A stretch of DNA of 64,000 nt from Octopus sinensis (taxonomy: Eukaryota). The notes below the pieces were generated by a model. It was not told the origin of the DNA. It was given only the letters and a program-made list of their open reading frames with translations, and did not search any database. The number at the start of each line of letters is the position of its first letter. Position 1 is the stretch's first letter. Shown here piece by piece: positions 13,016 through 26,159 of the stretch. Location of the stretch: NCBI RefSeq assembly GCF_006345805.1, contig NC_043002.1, positions 81,406,001 through 81,470,000 on the forward strand, written 5' to 3'. A program made the translations under genes and the position numbers.

Positions 13016-14279
13016 TATATATATATATATTATAGATATGATATATATATATATATAATATATAAATGATATATATAATAATAATATATATATAGATATA
13101 TATATATATATTATATATATATATATATAATATATTATATATATATATATTACATACCCCTCCACACACACCAATAGGTTGGTGATACAATAGGGAAATA
13201 GAATTCCCATCATGAGAAACAGAGAAGTCAGAATTCCCAAAGCAAATCAAGGGACAAGAGTTTCGTGCATTGACACTATCCAATTGTCGCATCAACTGAC
13301 TGTGCCTCCCCTATAGAATAAAGCAAATTATTTTATCAAGTACGGAAAGATGAAAGATAAAGTCAAGCTCAGCTGGATTTGAACGCACAACATAAAGGTC
13401 CGTAACTAGACATTGCAAAATATTCAACGAAATATTGGTTTCAAATTTTGATACAAGGTCAGGAATTTGTGTGGGGGGAGTGGTTAAGTCGATTACATCG
13501 ACTCCAGTGATAAACTAGTTCTTATTATATGACCCCGAAAGAATGAAAGGTAAAGTCGACCTAGGAGGAATTTGAACTCAGAACGTAACGACAAACGAAA
13601 TGCAGCTAAGCATTTTGTCCGACGTGCTAACGATTCTGCCAGCCCACCGCCATAATTCAACAAAATATTGATGCATAAAGACCAAACGAGCTTTTTTCTC
13701 GTCGCATACGAAGTCAATATTTTAATATATTCTGCTCTGATAAGTATTATAACCACCCAATATCTGAGAGAAATTGTTTTCCTACATATCTGTATAATGT
13801 TTCTATATGTATCTGTGTTATGTTTCCATATATTTATATATCTTATATGTTTCAACGTACCCCACCTCACATTTCATTTTGTATGTTACTGATTTCATTT
13901 TTCATATAACTTGTAGATTATTCAGCATATCAGCATATGATACGTTGAATAGAGCAGCGCTGAGGACTTAATATTTCTTGATATCCAAATAATATATTGG
14001 GATAGATTCAACCGACGATATCCTTTCGCCAATAAGTTTGTGGAATCGTGCCAATCTAAAAATTCAATATCACAAGGAAAGCACTTTTTTTTTTCTTTGA
14101 AGTCGTCTGATCTGTTGGAAAGAAATCTGAATTCTATTTTGCTTTCACTAAAACAACCTGCAACGAGATGTGAAACGAGGGCGCCATACATTAGGATGTA
14201 AGCTTGCCAAAAGAAGTTAGCTTGCCAGTTCGTTTTGAATTTTAATATCGAGGTCAAGAATGTTTGGACAGCGATATAT

Positions 14280-14770
14280 ATCAGTCAATGATAATAATTT
14301 TAGCAGGCTCTTAAGGATGGCAAACGATCAAGCCTCTGAATCGGGAAGCGTACGGAAGAGTACATGAAACACGAGAAGTTATGGGCGTTGAAGGATGATG
14401 GTAATACAATAGGTGTCCTAAATATACAGCAAGGGATAGTTAAGCAACTGGTAAATGTACAGCAAATTATTTATGATGAGGGACAAAGACTTTAAGATCG
14501 CGTATTATCATTGCATAGGTGTGGGCTGTCTCCTTTTAGAAACGTCAGTGTGGGTGAGGTGTATCATGAGGAGAGTATGCATAACGCCTTTCCGACAAAA
14601 AGGGTGAAAAAAAAACAGGAATTGTAGTGTGGAGAATAAAACTGAGTTAGATATGCGAAGACGGGATGTTTGTGTTTTAGGAAGGAAAAAGAAGCATGGG
14701 TTAGTGTCTTGGTCCAATGCTTCGATGGTAATGAACGATGCATTTTTCATAAGAGAGCGTGTTACCACAG
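14280..14770 (-). mobile_element. Putative Penelope-like element relic (linker plus GIY-YIG region)
   Basis: Weak motif series by eye: P..TSRLRISNSVLFSTLQ, PFCRKGVMHTLL (cf. AFRRDRSLRDxLV), NNLLYI...PLLYI*DT (cf. SNLxYxI...LYIGET). Confidence 0.4.
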
Positions 14771-14974
14771 CTCATGTCTAAAAGGTACATAATTCTATTG
14801 TAATGTCCTTTTACCCTTTTACATGCAAACATTTCAGAGGCAGGGATTGAACTGAGTAACGATTTCACTTAGACTTGCCAGACCACCAATTATCTTAGCT
14901 GAGGGTACTACCAATTAAATCAGTTGTTGTCAACCTGGGTCCGTATGGTTCTTGGAATCCATATAAAATATTAT

Positions 14975-15190
14975 TTTCTAATCTAGGTACAAGGCCCGAA
15001 ATTTTGGGGGAGGGGGCCAGTCGATTAGATCGACCCTAGCACGTAACTGGTACTTAATTTATCGACCCCCCGAAAGGAAGAAAGGCAAAGTCGATCTCGG
15101 CGGAATTTGAACTCAGAACATAAAGACAGACGAAATCCCGTTAAGCATTTCGCCCGACGTGCTAACGTTTATGCCAGCTCGCCGCCTTGG
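14975..15190 (-). mobile_element. SINE family B
   Basis: Reverse monomer. Further copies lie near 2400-2680, 13320-13660, 20720-20905, 31280-31450, 37920-38140, 49690-49870 and 55795-56010. Confidence 0.9.
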
Positions 15191-15210
15191 GATCCGTATA
15201 AAATATTGTT

Positions 15211-15362
15211 CAGTTCTATATTTAAGAGATGAGGAATTATGTACATTATTTACATTATTTACAATTGACAGATATTTGTCCTCATCTTGTTAATACATCT
15301 TGGGGAAATTTCGAAACTGGGTTCTCATTCCTAAGGTATTTTTCGATGTTGTTGCTATTATT

Positions 15363-15404
<42 letters not shown>

Positions 15405-15510
15405 GAGGTCACTACCTGGAATCGAACTCGGAATCTTGGGGTTAGCAGCCCGTGCTCTTAACTACTACGTTATACGTGGACATATAGTGTAGTGCTTAAG
15501 AGCACTACGC
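15211..15510 (-). mobile_element. tRNA-headed copy of the same repeat family, ribozyme core deleted, with inverted 5' duplication
   Basis: Head on minus: TAACGTAGTAG (A-box-like), GGG-CTGCTAA-CCC (anticodon-like arm), GTTCGATTCC (B-box). Then (CAA)n and the body shared with 30909-31090. Palindrome arms at 15452-15474 and 15483-15505. Confidence 0.75.
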
Positions 15511-15639
15511 CATAAATTGTAATAAATTGCTTATACTTCTTACAATACACCAAATATTCTTTTTTTCTTACAGTTCCTAATAATATTTAATAGTGAGAAT
15601 TCAGTAGGATTCTTCTACTAAATAATATTTAACAATAAG

Positions 15640-15995
15640 AAGGCAGCGAACTGGCAGAAACGTTAGCACGCCGGGCGAAATGCGTAGCCGTATTTCGTCT
15701 GCCGTTACGTTCTGAGTTCAAATTCCGCTGAGGTCGACTTTGCCTTTCATCCTTTCGGGGTCGATAAATTAAGTACCAGTTACGCACTGGGGTCGATGTA
15801 ATCGACTTAATTGTGGGTAGTAAAGAAATAGGTATTTCGTCTGTCTTTACGTTCTGATTTCAAATTCAGCCGAGGTCGACTTTGCCTTTCATTCTTTCGG
15901 AATCGATAAATTAAATACCAGTTGCGTACTGAGATTGATCTAATCTACTGGCCCCTCCTCCCCCAAAATTTCGGGCCTTGTACCTTGAATAGAGA
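15640..15995 (+). mobile_element. tRNA-derived SINE family B (dimeric)
   Basis: GGCAGCGAACTGGCAGAAACGTTAGCACGCCGGGCGAAATGC...GTTCAAATTCCGC (B-box)...GGGGTCGATAAATTAAGTACCAG, with an internally repeated body. Confidence 0.9.
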
Positions 15996-16070
15996 AGAAA
16001 ATGTAAAAGGGACATTCTCATTGGTTGGGTAGCTTGAATGGGGATAAAGAATTGGATAAGTATTTATATA

Positions 16071-16403
16071 AATATATAAATAAATGCGCCCTTTTAAAGC
16101 CTTACAATCATGATGCTGACATCTTAACCACTAGGTCACGCGCCTTCACAAAAAATGCGCCCTTTTAAAGCCTAGCCAGGCTCATGGGCCCAGAATCTCG
16201 GTTTCTATGGTGCATGTGTTCCCTGCTGGACGGGACACCAGTCCATCGCAGCGTTACTCATTTTTGCCGGCTGAGTGGACTGGAGCAACGTGAAATGAAG
16301 TGTTTTACTCAAGAACACAACGCGTTGCCTGGCCCAGGAATCGAAACCACAATCTTACGATTATGATGCTGACACCCTAACCACTAAGCCACGCGCCTCC
16401 ACA
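16071..16403 (-). mobile_element. SINE family C, tail type 1, deleted-unit plus full-unit dimer
   Basis: AAATGCGCCCTTTTAAAGCC occurs twice. 13-bp TSD AAGTATTTATATA at 16058-16070 and 16404-16416. Confidence 0.85.
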
Positions 16404-17349
16404 AAGTATTTATATACTAGAGTAGAAAAGAATATTTAACAATGAATATTCAGTAAGATTCTTATAGGCCCAGTAGAGTGAAACAGGATTCAAAGGGGCC
16501 AATAGCTAAGAAATTGTTGTGAAACATTGGATTAAATCAATCCCTAAATGCTTAATCTGTAAAAGTAAATTCGACTGCGGTGGACTTTGAATCAAAACAC
16601 AGAAGCAGAGATTAAATACTTAAATGCACCGTACTTGACTCTCTGGCCTTTCTGCTAACACAACCCATCATTCCAGAATCAAATACCAGTAATTCAGTGT
16701 TGCTAATGAATTCAACCACACACATTTCTATGTAAAACCCTCTATGGATGTGTCTAAATAACGAAAGCATTGTGGTTAGTACTTCGTTGCCGGAGGGTAA
16801 GAATTCTGTTTTTGTTTCAGTAGAAATATGCATGTGTGTGTGTGTGTGTGTGGTGTGTGTGTGCGTGCGTGTGTGCGTGCGTGTGTATGTGTGTGTAACT
16901 GTGACTATTCGTATGTGTGAGTGTATGGGACACTTCGCGTGTGTGTGTGTGTGTATGACTGTTTGTCAGTGTGAATATGTATATGCGTACCAGTGTGTCA
17001 GAGTACCTGTTAATGTGTGTGTGGTGTGTGTGTGTGTGTGTGTGTGTGTTGTAGTATGTGCGCGTGATTATTCCTGTATATCTGTGTCTGTGATTATACG
17101 TGTGTGCTGTGTATATGTATGAGTGTGTTTGGTATGTTTGATTTTTATAGTTGTGTTGCTTTACTTTTGTTGTTATTGTTGTGGCTGACGTAGTCGTCAT
17201 CGCCGTTGCTGCTGCTGTTGTTGTTGTTGTTGTTGTTGTTGCTGTATTGCAATTAATGAAACATTTGTGAAAAGTGATTTTGTTTTGGTTTTAATTATTT
17301 CAAATTAAAATAAAATAGAATGTTTATTTAATCAAATTCCCGACTGTAA

Positions 17350-17428
17350 CAGCAGCAGCAGCAGCAGCAGTAGCAGTAACTACAACGATGACGATAATAG
17401 AAATAAAACAATAACAATAACAATAATC

Positions 17429-17459
<31 letters not shown>

Positions 17460-17461
17460 GC

Positions 17462-17532
<71 letters not shown>

Positions 17533-17540
17533 TAATAGTA

Positions 17541-17572
<32 letters not shown>

Positions 17573-17745
17573 GACAATAATAATAATAATAATAATAAAG
17601 ACAATAATAAACCGTCACAATCACAATAACATCGTCAATTACGACAAAAACAATAATAGAAATACCGGAAATAATAACGACAACAACAACGACGACGACG
17701 ACGACGATGATGATGATATGATGATGATGATGATGATGATGATTT
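17350..17745. repeat. Compound trinucleotide microsatellite (CAG/AAT/GAC/GAT)
   Basis: Direct reading. Confidence 0.95.
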
Positions 17746-18019
17746 AAAGAGAGACAGAAAACTAATTGTTATTTAAAATTTGTAAGTCATGTCTAAATAA
17801 TTTCATATTTCTATATAGGAGGGATTGTGCCCATAGCCGTTTCTTACTTTTGTGTTAAACGAGAGAAAAAGACATATGTAGGTGAGTTTAATATGGCGGC
17901 CGTGCGTAAATGAATTGTCACAGCTTAAGAAATAGAAGTAAAACGAAATTGTAAGAGGGGCCTTCTCATTGGTAGGGTATCTTGAATGGGAATAAAGAAT
18001 TGGATAAGTATTTATATAC

Positions 18020-18470
18020 TAGTGCAAGCATGGTTATGTGGTGGTTAAAAAACAAAAACTCGCTTTGCAATCCCATGTGGTTTCGGTTTCAGTCCCACTG
18101 CGCAACACTTTTGGCAAGTGTCTTCTACTACAACTTTGGGACGATTAAGGTCTTGTGAGTGGATTCAAAACAAATAAGCTGTATGGTGGCCAGTCATATA
18201 TATATAATAAGTTTTTAAAACGTATAGTAAATGTACAAACGAAAAACAAGTATGGCTATGTGGCGGTTAAAGATCTCGCTTTGCAGCCTCATGTGGTTTC
18301 GGTTTCAGTTCTATAGTGTAACACTTTGGGCAAGTATCTTTTACCATAACCTTGAGCCAGCTAATGTCTTTTGAGTGGTTGAATACACAGAAATTGTATG
18401 GAAATCAGTCAGATATATATGCTAAGTTAACAAAACATATAGTAAATGCATAAACGAAAAACAGACACAG
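18020..18470 (+). repeat. Old tandem duplication (~220-bp unit) of a degenerate SINE head plus flank
   Basis: CTCGCTTTGCA...CATGTGGTTTCGGTTTCAGT and ATAGTAAATG...AAACGAAAAACA each occur twice. Confidence 0.7.
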
Positions 18471-19233
18471 AACGGTAAGCTAAAATCATAGTAAGTGTAC
18501 AGACAAACAGAAAACAGAGAAACAGAAAACGTTATCAGTCAGATCGTCAAGCGCAATTTCGTACCTTTAACGATAATATTGGTCTTTGTGGTGGTACCGG
18601 CAAGAGCTGTCGGGAATATGGGACCAAGAACAGACTAACAATAAATGGCTAAAGAAGCAAAACGGAACTAGACATACGAAAATGAATAAATGTAATTCAA
18701 GACGAAACCGTTAGTGGACGGACAAGGGACAAGAACAAAATAAATAAACAAACAGAATGTAACTCAATGAAGACGAAGTGTAAGCAACGCTAAGAGGGAT
18801 ATCCTAAAGATTGCCGTATTTTTTAACTTAATGCACTATTTGTAACAAGCTCACTAGCTAATTGTGACACCAGCGCCTATTTTGGCACTGGTTTTTTTTT
18901 CTATATATCGCTGGCACGGAGATGAGTTGCTGCTATTCCTAGCTGAAGAGCGTCCATCATTGACGACAGCAAGAGAGGTCGAAATCATGTGATCTGGTGG
19001 TGTCGGTGCTGGAGATGGCGGGGGTGTTTATCTCCCCGCTAGCAATATAAGCAAAAATGCATTTTGCACCAAAACGCCAATATAAGAGTTTCTCTCATGG
19101 TAACTACCGCAGTATAGTATGTTCTAATAGAACATCCACGTTTAAGAGGGGATAAATATTACATGTCGGTATTAATACTATCTCTGTCGCTAATATGTAT
19201 TAATTATATCGTAGCGGTGTAGGCAGATAGAGT

Positions 19234-19530
19234 GGAGGCGCAGTGGTTAGGGCAGCGGACTGGCGGTCGGAAGATCGCGGTTTCGATTCCCAGACCGGGC
19301 GTTGTGTGTGTTTATTGAACGAAAACACCTAAAAGCACTACGAGTCTCCGGCAAGGGGTGGTGGTGGTGACCCCTGTTGTACTCTTTCACCACAACTTTC
19401 TCTCACTCTCTCTTCCTGTTTCCTGAGTAACGCTGCGATGGACTGCTGCGGGGTAACACATACGCCACAGAAACCGGGAAACTGGGCCCATGAGCCTGGC
19501 TAGGCTTCAAAAGAGCGACGTTTATCGTTT
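19234..19530 (+). mobile_element. tRNA-derived SINE with a distinct core and a type-1-like tail
   Basis: GGAGGCGCAGTGGTTAGGGCAGCGGAC...GTTTCGATTCCCAGACCGG. The same head and core, with a different tail, occurs at 52030-52315 (minus). Confidence 0.8.
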
Positions 19531-20616
19531 ATCGTAGGTAGATAGATAGTTGAATGATCTCCCTTGAAATAAAGGTCATAGAGTAACCTCCCATTTCTAA
19601 GTTCTCGAAGCATCCATGTCACGAAACGTGATTCTTAATTATACAAGAAGCTTGGCGTTTCTCTTGGAAGTTTCTAGAATATCTAGCGTTCCATTAATAA
19701 AAACAGCTTGCTAAACCAGACCTAGAACCATCCATGTCGTTGCTTTGTACGTCTATTTCTCTACGCCCTACAGCAGATATGACTGAAAGCCACTACTTCA
19801 CTGTTGAGCTACATTACCTATCTCTGAACTTTCTTGCATAAGATTTCTTCAACTAGTTTCTACAATTTGATTCCATGTATTATCATGAAATCAAGTTAAA
19901 TATATTTTTATGTAGTAAATGCATAGATCTTGTATTTATTCTTTCATCTCTGTATGAACTCTTGTAATAAAATACACGCGGCCACATCAATACCTTGTAT
20001 TGACTATAATATATTCCACTACAATATTTAGAGACATAGAGAAGGAGCTTTTAAGTGCTTTCACCTAATTATGTCTGGATTAAAAGAATGTTCTAACCAG
20101 AAATGGCTTGTCTCTTTTCCCTCTTAACAGTTCATTCTCTAAACACACGGTATTAACAGTTGTTTCAATAGTTCGTAGTCTAAATATTGCACGAATACAA
20201 CTAGGAGAAGAAAAATCCCTGGATCCCTCCGTATTTATTCTGTTCAATTAATGAACGGAATAATTATTGGGAAATCTCGGGATCTTTCAACTAAGCAGTC
20301 ATTTCTCGCTGTATTATTCGTTGAGTATTTATACTCCGTCCAACGAAGAATTGAAAAAAGCCGTTAATAATGCAGTGAATCAATAACACAGTGATATTAA
20401 CATTACATATAATGACAATATCTACCACTCCACAATACTTATTATACACAACACAGCTACAAACTATGACTAACTGTTGCTACCAGAAATATTGAAGCTT
20501 TCAACCAATAGGTCAGCAATTTATTGGTACGACCAGCAATGCATCTATCAACCAATCTATCTATCCATCTGTTTATTTATCCCTCTCTTAGTGACTTTCT
20601 CTCTAGTCATCTCTCA

Positions 20617-20654
<38 letters not shown>

Positions 20655-21087
20655 TGATTTATATGTGTATATATATATATATATATATTATATATACACG
20701 CACTTATAAGGATTGAAATGTTGGAGGAGGGTCTAGTTGACTGCATCGACTCCACTCCTCGTCTGGTACTCATTTCATCGACTGCGAAAACATAAAAGGC
20801 GAAGTCGAACTCGGCAGACTTGTAATTCAGAACGTAAAGACGGTCAAAATGCCTATAAGTATTTTGTTTGACGTGCTAACGATTCTCTCAGCTCGCTGCC
20901 TTAATATACATACATACATACATACATACATACATACATACATACATACATACATACATACATACATACATACATACATACATGCATACATGCATACATA
21001 CATACATACATACATACATACATACATACATACATACATACATACATACGTACATAGATACAACATACATACATACGTATGTATGTA

Positions 21088-21150
<63 letters not shown>

Positions 21151-21420
21151 TTACATTCAAACATACACACGTTGTTTCTATCCTTGATATCTGACAGAAC
21201 AGAGAAACTTGTAATACTGTTCAAGTTAATTTTCAGCCATTACATGTAGTATATACTTTTCTCACTCTTGAGTACATATATATACATGCATACACACATA
21301 CATATTAATGTGATAAAGCACATATATATATATATGTATGTATGTATGTATGTAGTATGTATGTATGTATGTATGTATGTATATGTATGTATGTATGTAT
21401 GTAGTTTGTATTATGTATGT

Positions 21421-21675
21421 GGAGGCGCGTGGCTTAGTGGTTAGGGTGTCAGCATCATGATCGTAAGATTGTGGTTTCGATTCCTGGACCGGGCGACGCG
21501 TTGTGTTCTTGAGCAAAGCACTTCATTTCACGTTGCTCCATTCCACTCAGCTGGCAAAAATGAATAACGCTGCGATGGACTGGCGTCCCGTCCAGCTGGA
21601 TAACACATGCGCCATTGAAACCGGGAAAGCGGGCCCATGTGTGTGGCTAGGCTTTAAAAGGGCGCATTTATTTAT
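21421..21675 (+). mobile_element. SINE family C, tail type 1
   Basis: GGAGGCGCGTGGCTTAGTGGTTAGGG...TGGCTAGGCTTTAAAAGGGCGCATTTA. A partial reverse copy lies at 12794-12905 and a tail variant at 62941-63188. Confidence 0.9.
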
Positions 21676-21863
21676 TACGCATTATATATGCACTTGGATT
21701 TCCTTTTTTCTGCATGCCTCAGACATATACCTGATATATGTCGGAACATCTTTTATTTACATAACCCATCCATTGTCAGGCTATATGCAAGGGAGGAACG
21801 AAACTTTCCACCTCAAACTAACGATCCAAGAGTGGTGACTAGCTCATTCGTTGGAGTACCTAG

Positions 21864-22180
21864 AAGATGCGCATGGCTTAGTGGTTAGGGTGTTGGGGTT
21901 ACGATCGTTATGTCAAGAGTTCGATATCTGGTGGCGCGTTGTCCTCGAACAGGACACTATATTTCACGTTGCTTCAATACATTCAACTGGCAAACATGAG
22001 TTATACATGAAATTCAAAAGACCAACCTCATCACACTCTGTATCATGCTGATCTCCCTGAGAGCATACGATAAGGGTTTCGTGTGTCTGTGGAGTGCTCA
22101 GTCACTTGCACGTTGATTTTACGAGCAAACTGTTCCATTGATCGGATCAGCTAGAACACTCGTCGTCGTAACAGACGGAG
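21864..22180 (+). mobile_element. SINE family C, tail type 3
   Basis: Tail CACTTGCACGTTGATTTTACGAGC...CGTCGTCGTAACAGACGGAG. Homologs at 28713-29090, 36056-36335, 55375-55670 (minus) and 25630-26352 (minus, interrupted). Confidence 0.85.
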
Positions 22181-22407
22181 GTTGTGAGAACTCAAGTACA
22201 GGTAGCAGGACGAAACAGTTTAGGCGTCATATGCTCTAACCATGGACACTACACAGAATCTGTAGCAGGATATTTAACACCCAAAGGTCTCTTGGATGGT
22301 TGTCTGATAGATATTACATAGTCCACGGCCATCAGTGCTCTCATATCTAAGATTAATACGGTCACAGCTGATATATTTCATATACACATATCATATATAC
22401 ATATTTA

Positions 22408-22621
<214 letters not shown>

Positions 22622-22812
22622 TGTGTATGTATATATATATATAAAGAGTAAAATTAATTAATCTGTTTATAATTAATAATCTTACCAAGTAGTTCGGTAT
22701 GCTAAAAGAGCCATTATCGGTAAACTTATAGAAAAATTATTATAATTATAAACATAATTGCTTAACCCTAATTATAATTATGTTTATAATTATAATAATT
22801 TAATAATTTTTG

Positions 22813-22851
<39 letters not shown>

Positions 22852-22910
22852 GCATATATATATACATACATACATACATACATACATACATACATACATA
22901 CATACACACA

Positions 22911-23125
22911 CGAGGGAGTTTTAAAATGTTCCTCACTTTGGGTGAATAAATACAGGAGGATAAGTTAATAAGGATTTTATTCAACACATTCCACTCTCAG
23001 ATTCACACACTTATTGCAGTGGTCCTTCAGTTTTTCTAAGCCCTGTAAAAGAACTCGGAATGCTGGGCCTCCAACCAGACCTCTCGCAACACCCTTAAAG
23101 CCAAGGACTTTTCACCACTCTTTCG
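22911..23125. mobile_element. Mariner-derived MITE
   Basis: Degenerate TIRs CGAGGGAGTTTTAAAATGTTCC / GGACTTTTCACCACTCTTTCG-TA. A homologous copy lies at 51745-51948. Confidence 0.75.
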
Positions 23126-23759
23126 TATATATCAATACTATAAAATACCTAATTTCACATATTTACACTTAGTTCTTGCTGACTTAGTATATCTTATTTA
23201 ATATGGCTGCATGATACAGTAATATATCACTCATATTACTATAGTGATATAATAACATATTGCTATATAAATTAAGCAGTATAGTAATATTGCCATGATT
23301 ATTCGCTTGTTTTTTAGTCTCAAATAAGCTCTGAAATAACCTCTCCTTGTCCTAGTAGTAACCATCTTGTTTCGTCACCCAGCATGCCTTTATGTAAGAC
23401 GGTAAGGAGGAGTTTGAGAGAAACATGGCTGCTCTTAGTAATATTTCAGGTGATATCTTAAGAGACATACTCATTAGTTCGTTTTATCTACCACAAGTAG
23501 ATAAAGAATCCGTGACTGTTATACATATGCGCCCTATGACATTAATGAACATTACGAGTATAAATCTTTCTCTCTATAACACAATTTCTACAAGGTAACC
23601 ATAAAGTCTGCGGAGATGGGGAATATCGCTAATATTCTTGTTGTTTCGTGTTTTTTTTTTTTCTAGTTTTCTTTCTTCCGCAGATTGAGTATGAGTTTGT
23701 CTAAAGAAACTTAAGCATCCAAGCATTACGGTCGCCCTGTACAGCACTGGCTTATCATA

Positions 23760-25095
23760 TATCCTTTCTACTATAGGCACAAGGCCGGCAATTGGCCGTT
23801 CGGTGGTGGCTGGGCTAATCAATTACATTGACTCCAGTACTCAACTGGTACTTATTTTAACAACTCCGAAAGGGTGAAAGGTAAAGTCTTTCGACTGCAG
23901 AATTTGAACTCAGAACATAAAGACGGACGAAATGTCGCTAAGCATTTTGTCCGTCAGGCTAACGATTCTGCCAGTTCGCCGCCTTAATAATAATAATGGT
24001 TTCAAATTTTGATAAAGGTCAGTATTTTCTGGGGTGACGATAAGTCGATTACATCAACCCAATTCTTCAATTGGAATTTATTTTATCGACTCTGAAAGGA
24101 CGAAAGGTAAAGTTGACTTCGGTGGAATTTGAACTCAGAACGTTAAAGACTGTCGAAATGCCGCTAAGCACTCTATCCAGCGTGCTAACGATTCTTTTCT
24201 ACTCTAGGTACAAGGGCCGAAATCTTTAGAGACGGGGCCAGTCGATTAAATCGATCCCAGTACGCAACTGGTACTTATTTTATCGACCCAGAAAAGATGA
24301 GAGGCGAAGTTGACCGCGGTGGAATTTGAACTCAGAACGTTAAAGACTGTCGAAATACCGCTAAGCACTCTATCCAGCGTGCTAACGTTTCTACCAGCTC
24401 GCATGCTTACACTGGCGCATCATAACAACACCAATATAACACCAACTTATCATGATACAGCATCACCATAATATTACGAATGTAACACTGCGTGACCAAA
24501 ACACGGTTGATATGAATAACACTTCCTCGCCATAATACTACCAACGTAACACTGCCAGACCCAAACATTACCAATATAACACTGTCTCCATAACACTTAT
24601 TCACCGTAACACTACCTTCATAACACTGCTTTATTATCCTTTCTACTATAGGCACAAAACCTGTAACTTTAGGGGAGGAGTAGTCTATTACATCGACCCC
24701 AGTACTCTACTAGTCCTTAATTCATCGACCCCCGAAAAGATGAAAGGCAAAGTCGACCTCGGCGGAATTTGAACTCAGATCGTAAAAACGGACGAAATCC
24801 CACTAAGCATTTCGCCCGGGGTGCTAACGACTCTGCCAGCTCGCCGCCTTTTGTCGTCTTAATAACAATAATAATAATGGTTTCACATTTTGCCACAAGG
24901 CAGCCATTTTGGGGGAGGGGATGAGTCGATTCCATCGACCCCAGTGTTCAACTGGTACTTGTTTTGTTGATCCTGAAAGGATGAAAGATAAAGTCGACCT
25001 CAGCGGAATTTGAACTCAGAAAGGATCAACGGACGAAATACCGCTAAGCATTTCGTCCAGCATGCTAACGATTCTGCCAGCTCGCTGCCTTTATT
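23760..25095 (-). mobile_element. Cluster of 5-6 family-B SINE units
   Basis: GGAATTTGAACTCAGAA recurs at ~23900, 24125, 24320, 24765 and 25005. Confidence 0.85.
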
Positions 25096-25777
25096 TATAA
25101 CAGCATTAATATAATACTTCTTCACCGTAACAAAACCAACGTAACACTGCTTTACTGTAACACCACAAATATAAACATGACTAACTTACACAAACAGCAA
25201 CAGCATAGCAATTCTCGCCTAACACCGCCAACCTAACACTACTTCACCATAACATCATCTTTGGAGCACTTAGTCGCCAGTACTCCACCAATATTACACT
25301 TTTTAACCGTAACTCCTCCAATATTTACACTTCCTCACTCGAACACCACTAATGTAAATAAGACTGCCTCGCAGCAACACTGCCTCAATAACACTTCCTC
25401 GTTATTACGCCACCAGTACAACACCTTCTCACCGTACCTCCCCCAGTATTACACTTCTCCACTCGAACACCACTAATTTGATTAAGGCTGCCTCACCTCG
25501 ATAACACTTCGTCATCATTACGCAATTAATATAACACCTTCTCGCCGTAATACTATCGACAAAACAACTGTCTCAGTAAAAATCTCTCGCCATAAAAATT
25601 GTCGCTAAAATTCTGGTTCTCCACAACTGACATTCCGTCGGTTATGACGACGAGAGTTCCAGTTGATCTGCTCAACGGAACAACCTGCTCGTGAAATTAA
25701 CGTGCAAGTGGCTTAGCACTCCACAGACACGAGTACCCTTAACGTAGTTCTTAGGGAGATTCAGCGTGACACAGAAT

Positions 25778-26159
25778 TTTCTACTCTATGCACAAGGCCC
25801 GAAATTTTGAGGGAGGGGGCCAATCGATTAGATCGACCCCAGTGTGCACCTGATACTTAATTTATCGACCACGAAAGGATAAAAGGCAAAGTCGACCTCG
25901 GCGGAATTTGAACTCAGAACGTAACGGCACACGAAATATCTATTTATTTACTACCCACAAGGGGCTAAACACAGAGGGGACAAACGGATTAAGTCGATTA
26001 TATCGACCCCAGTGCGTAACTGGTACTTATTTAATCGACCCCGAAAGGATGAAAAGCAAAGTCGACCTCGGCGGAATTTGAACTCAGAACATGAAGACAG
26101 ACGAAATACTGCTAAGCATTTCGGCCGGCGTGCTAACGATTCTGCCAGCTCGCCGCCTT
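25778..26159 (-). mobile_element. Family-B SINE dimer nested in a family-C SINE
   Basis: 17-bp TSD TCAGCGTGACACAGAAT at 25761-25777 and 26160-26176. Confidence 0.9.

Noticed and set aside
15405-15477. Functional tRNA gene (Ser-GCT-like anticodon arm); likewise other A/B-box heads
   Set aside because: No complete acceptor stem, and each runs straight into repeat body sequence, so these are SINE heads.
23760-25095. Regularly recurring ~35-bp motifs resembling a CRISPR array
   Set aside because: The intervening sequences are homologous SINE bodies rather than unique spacers; the context is eukaryotic and there are no cas genes.
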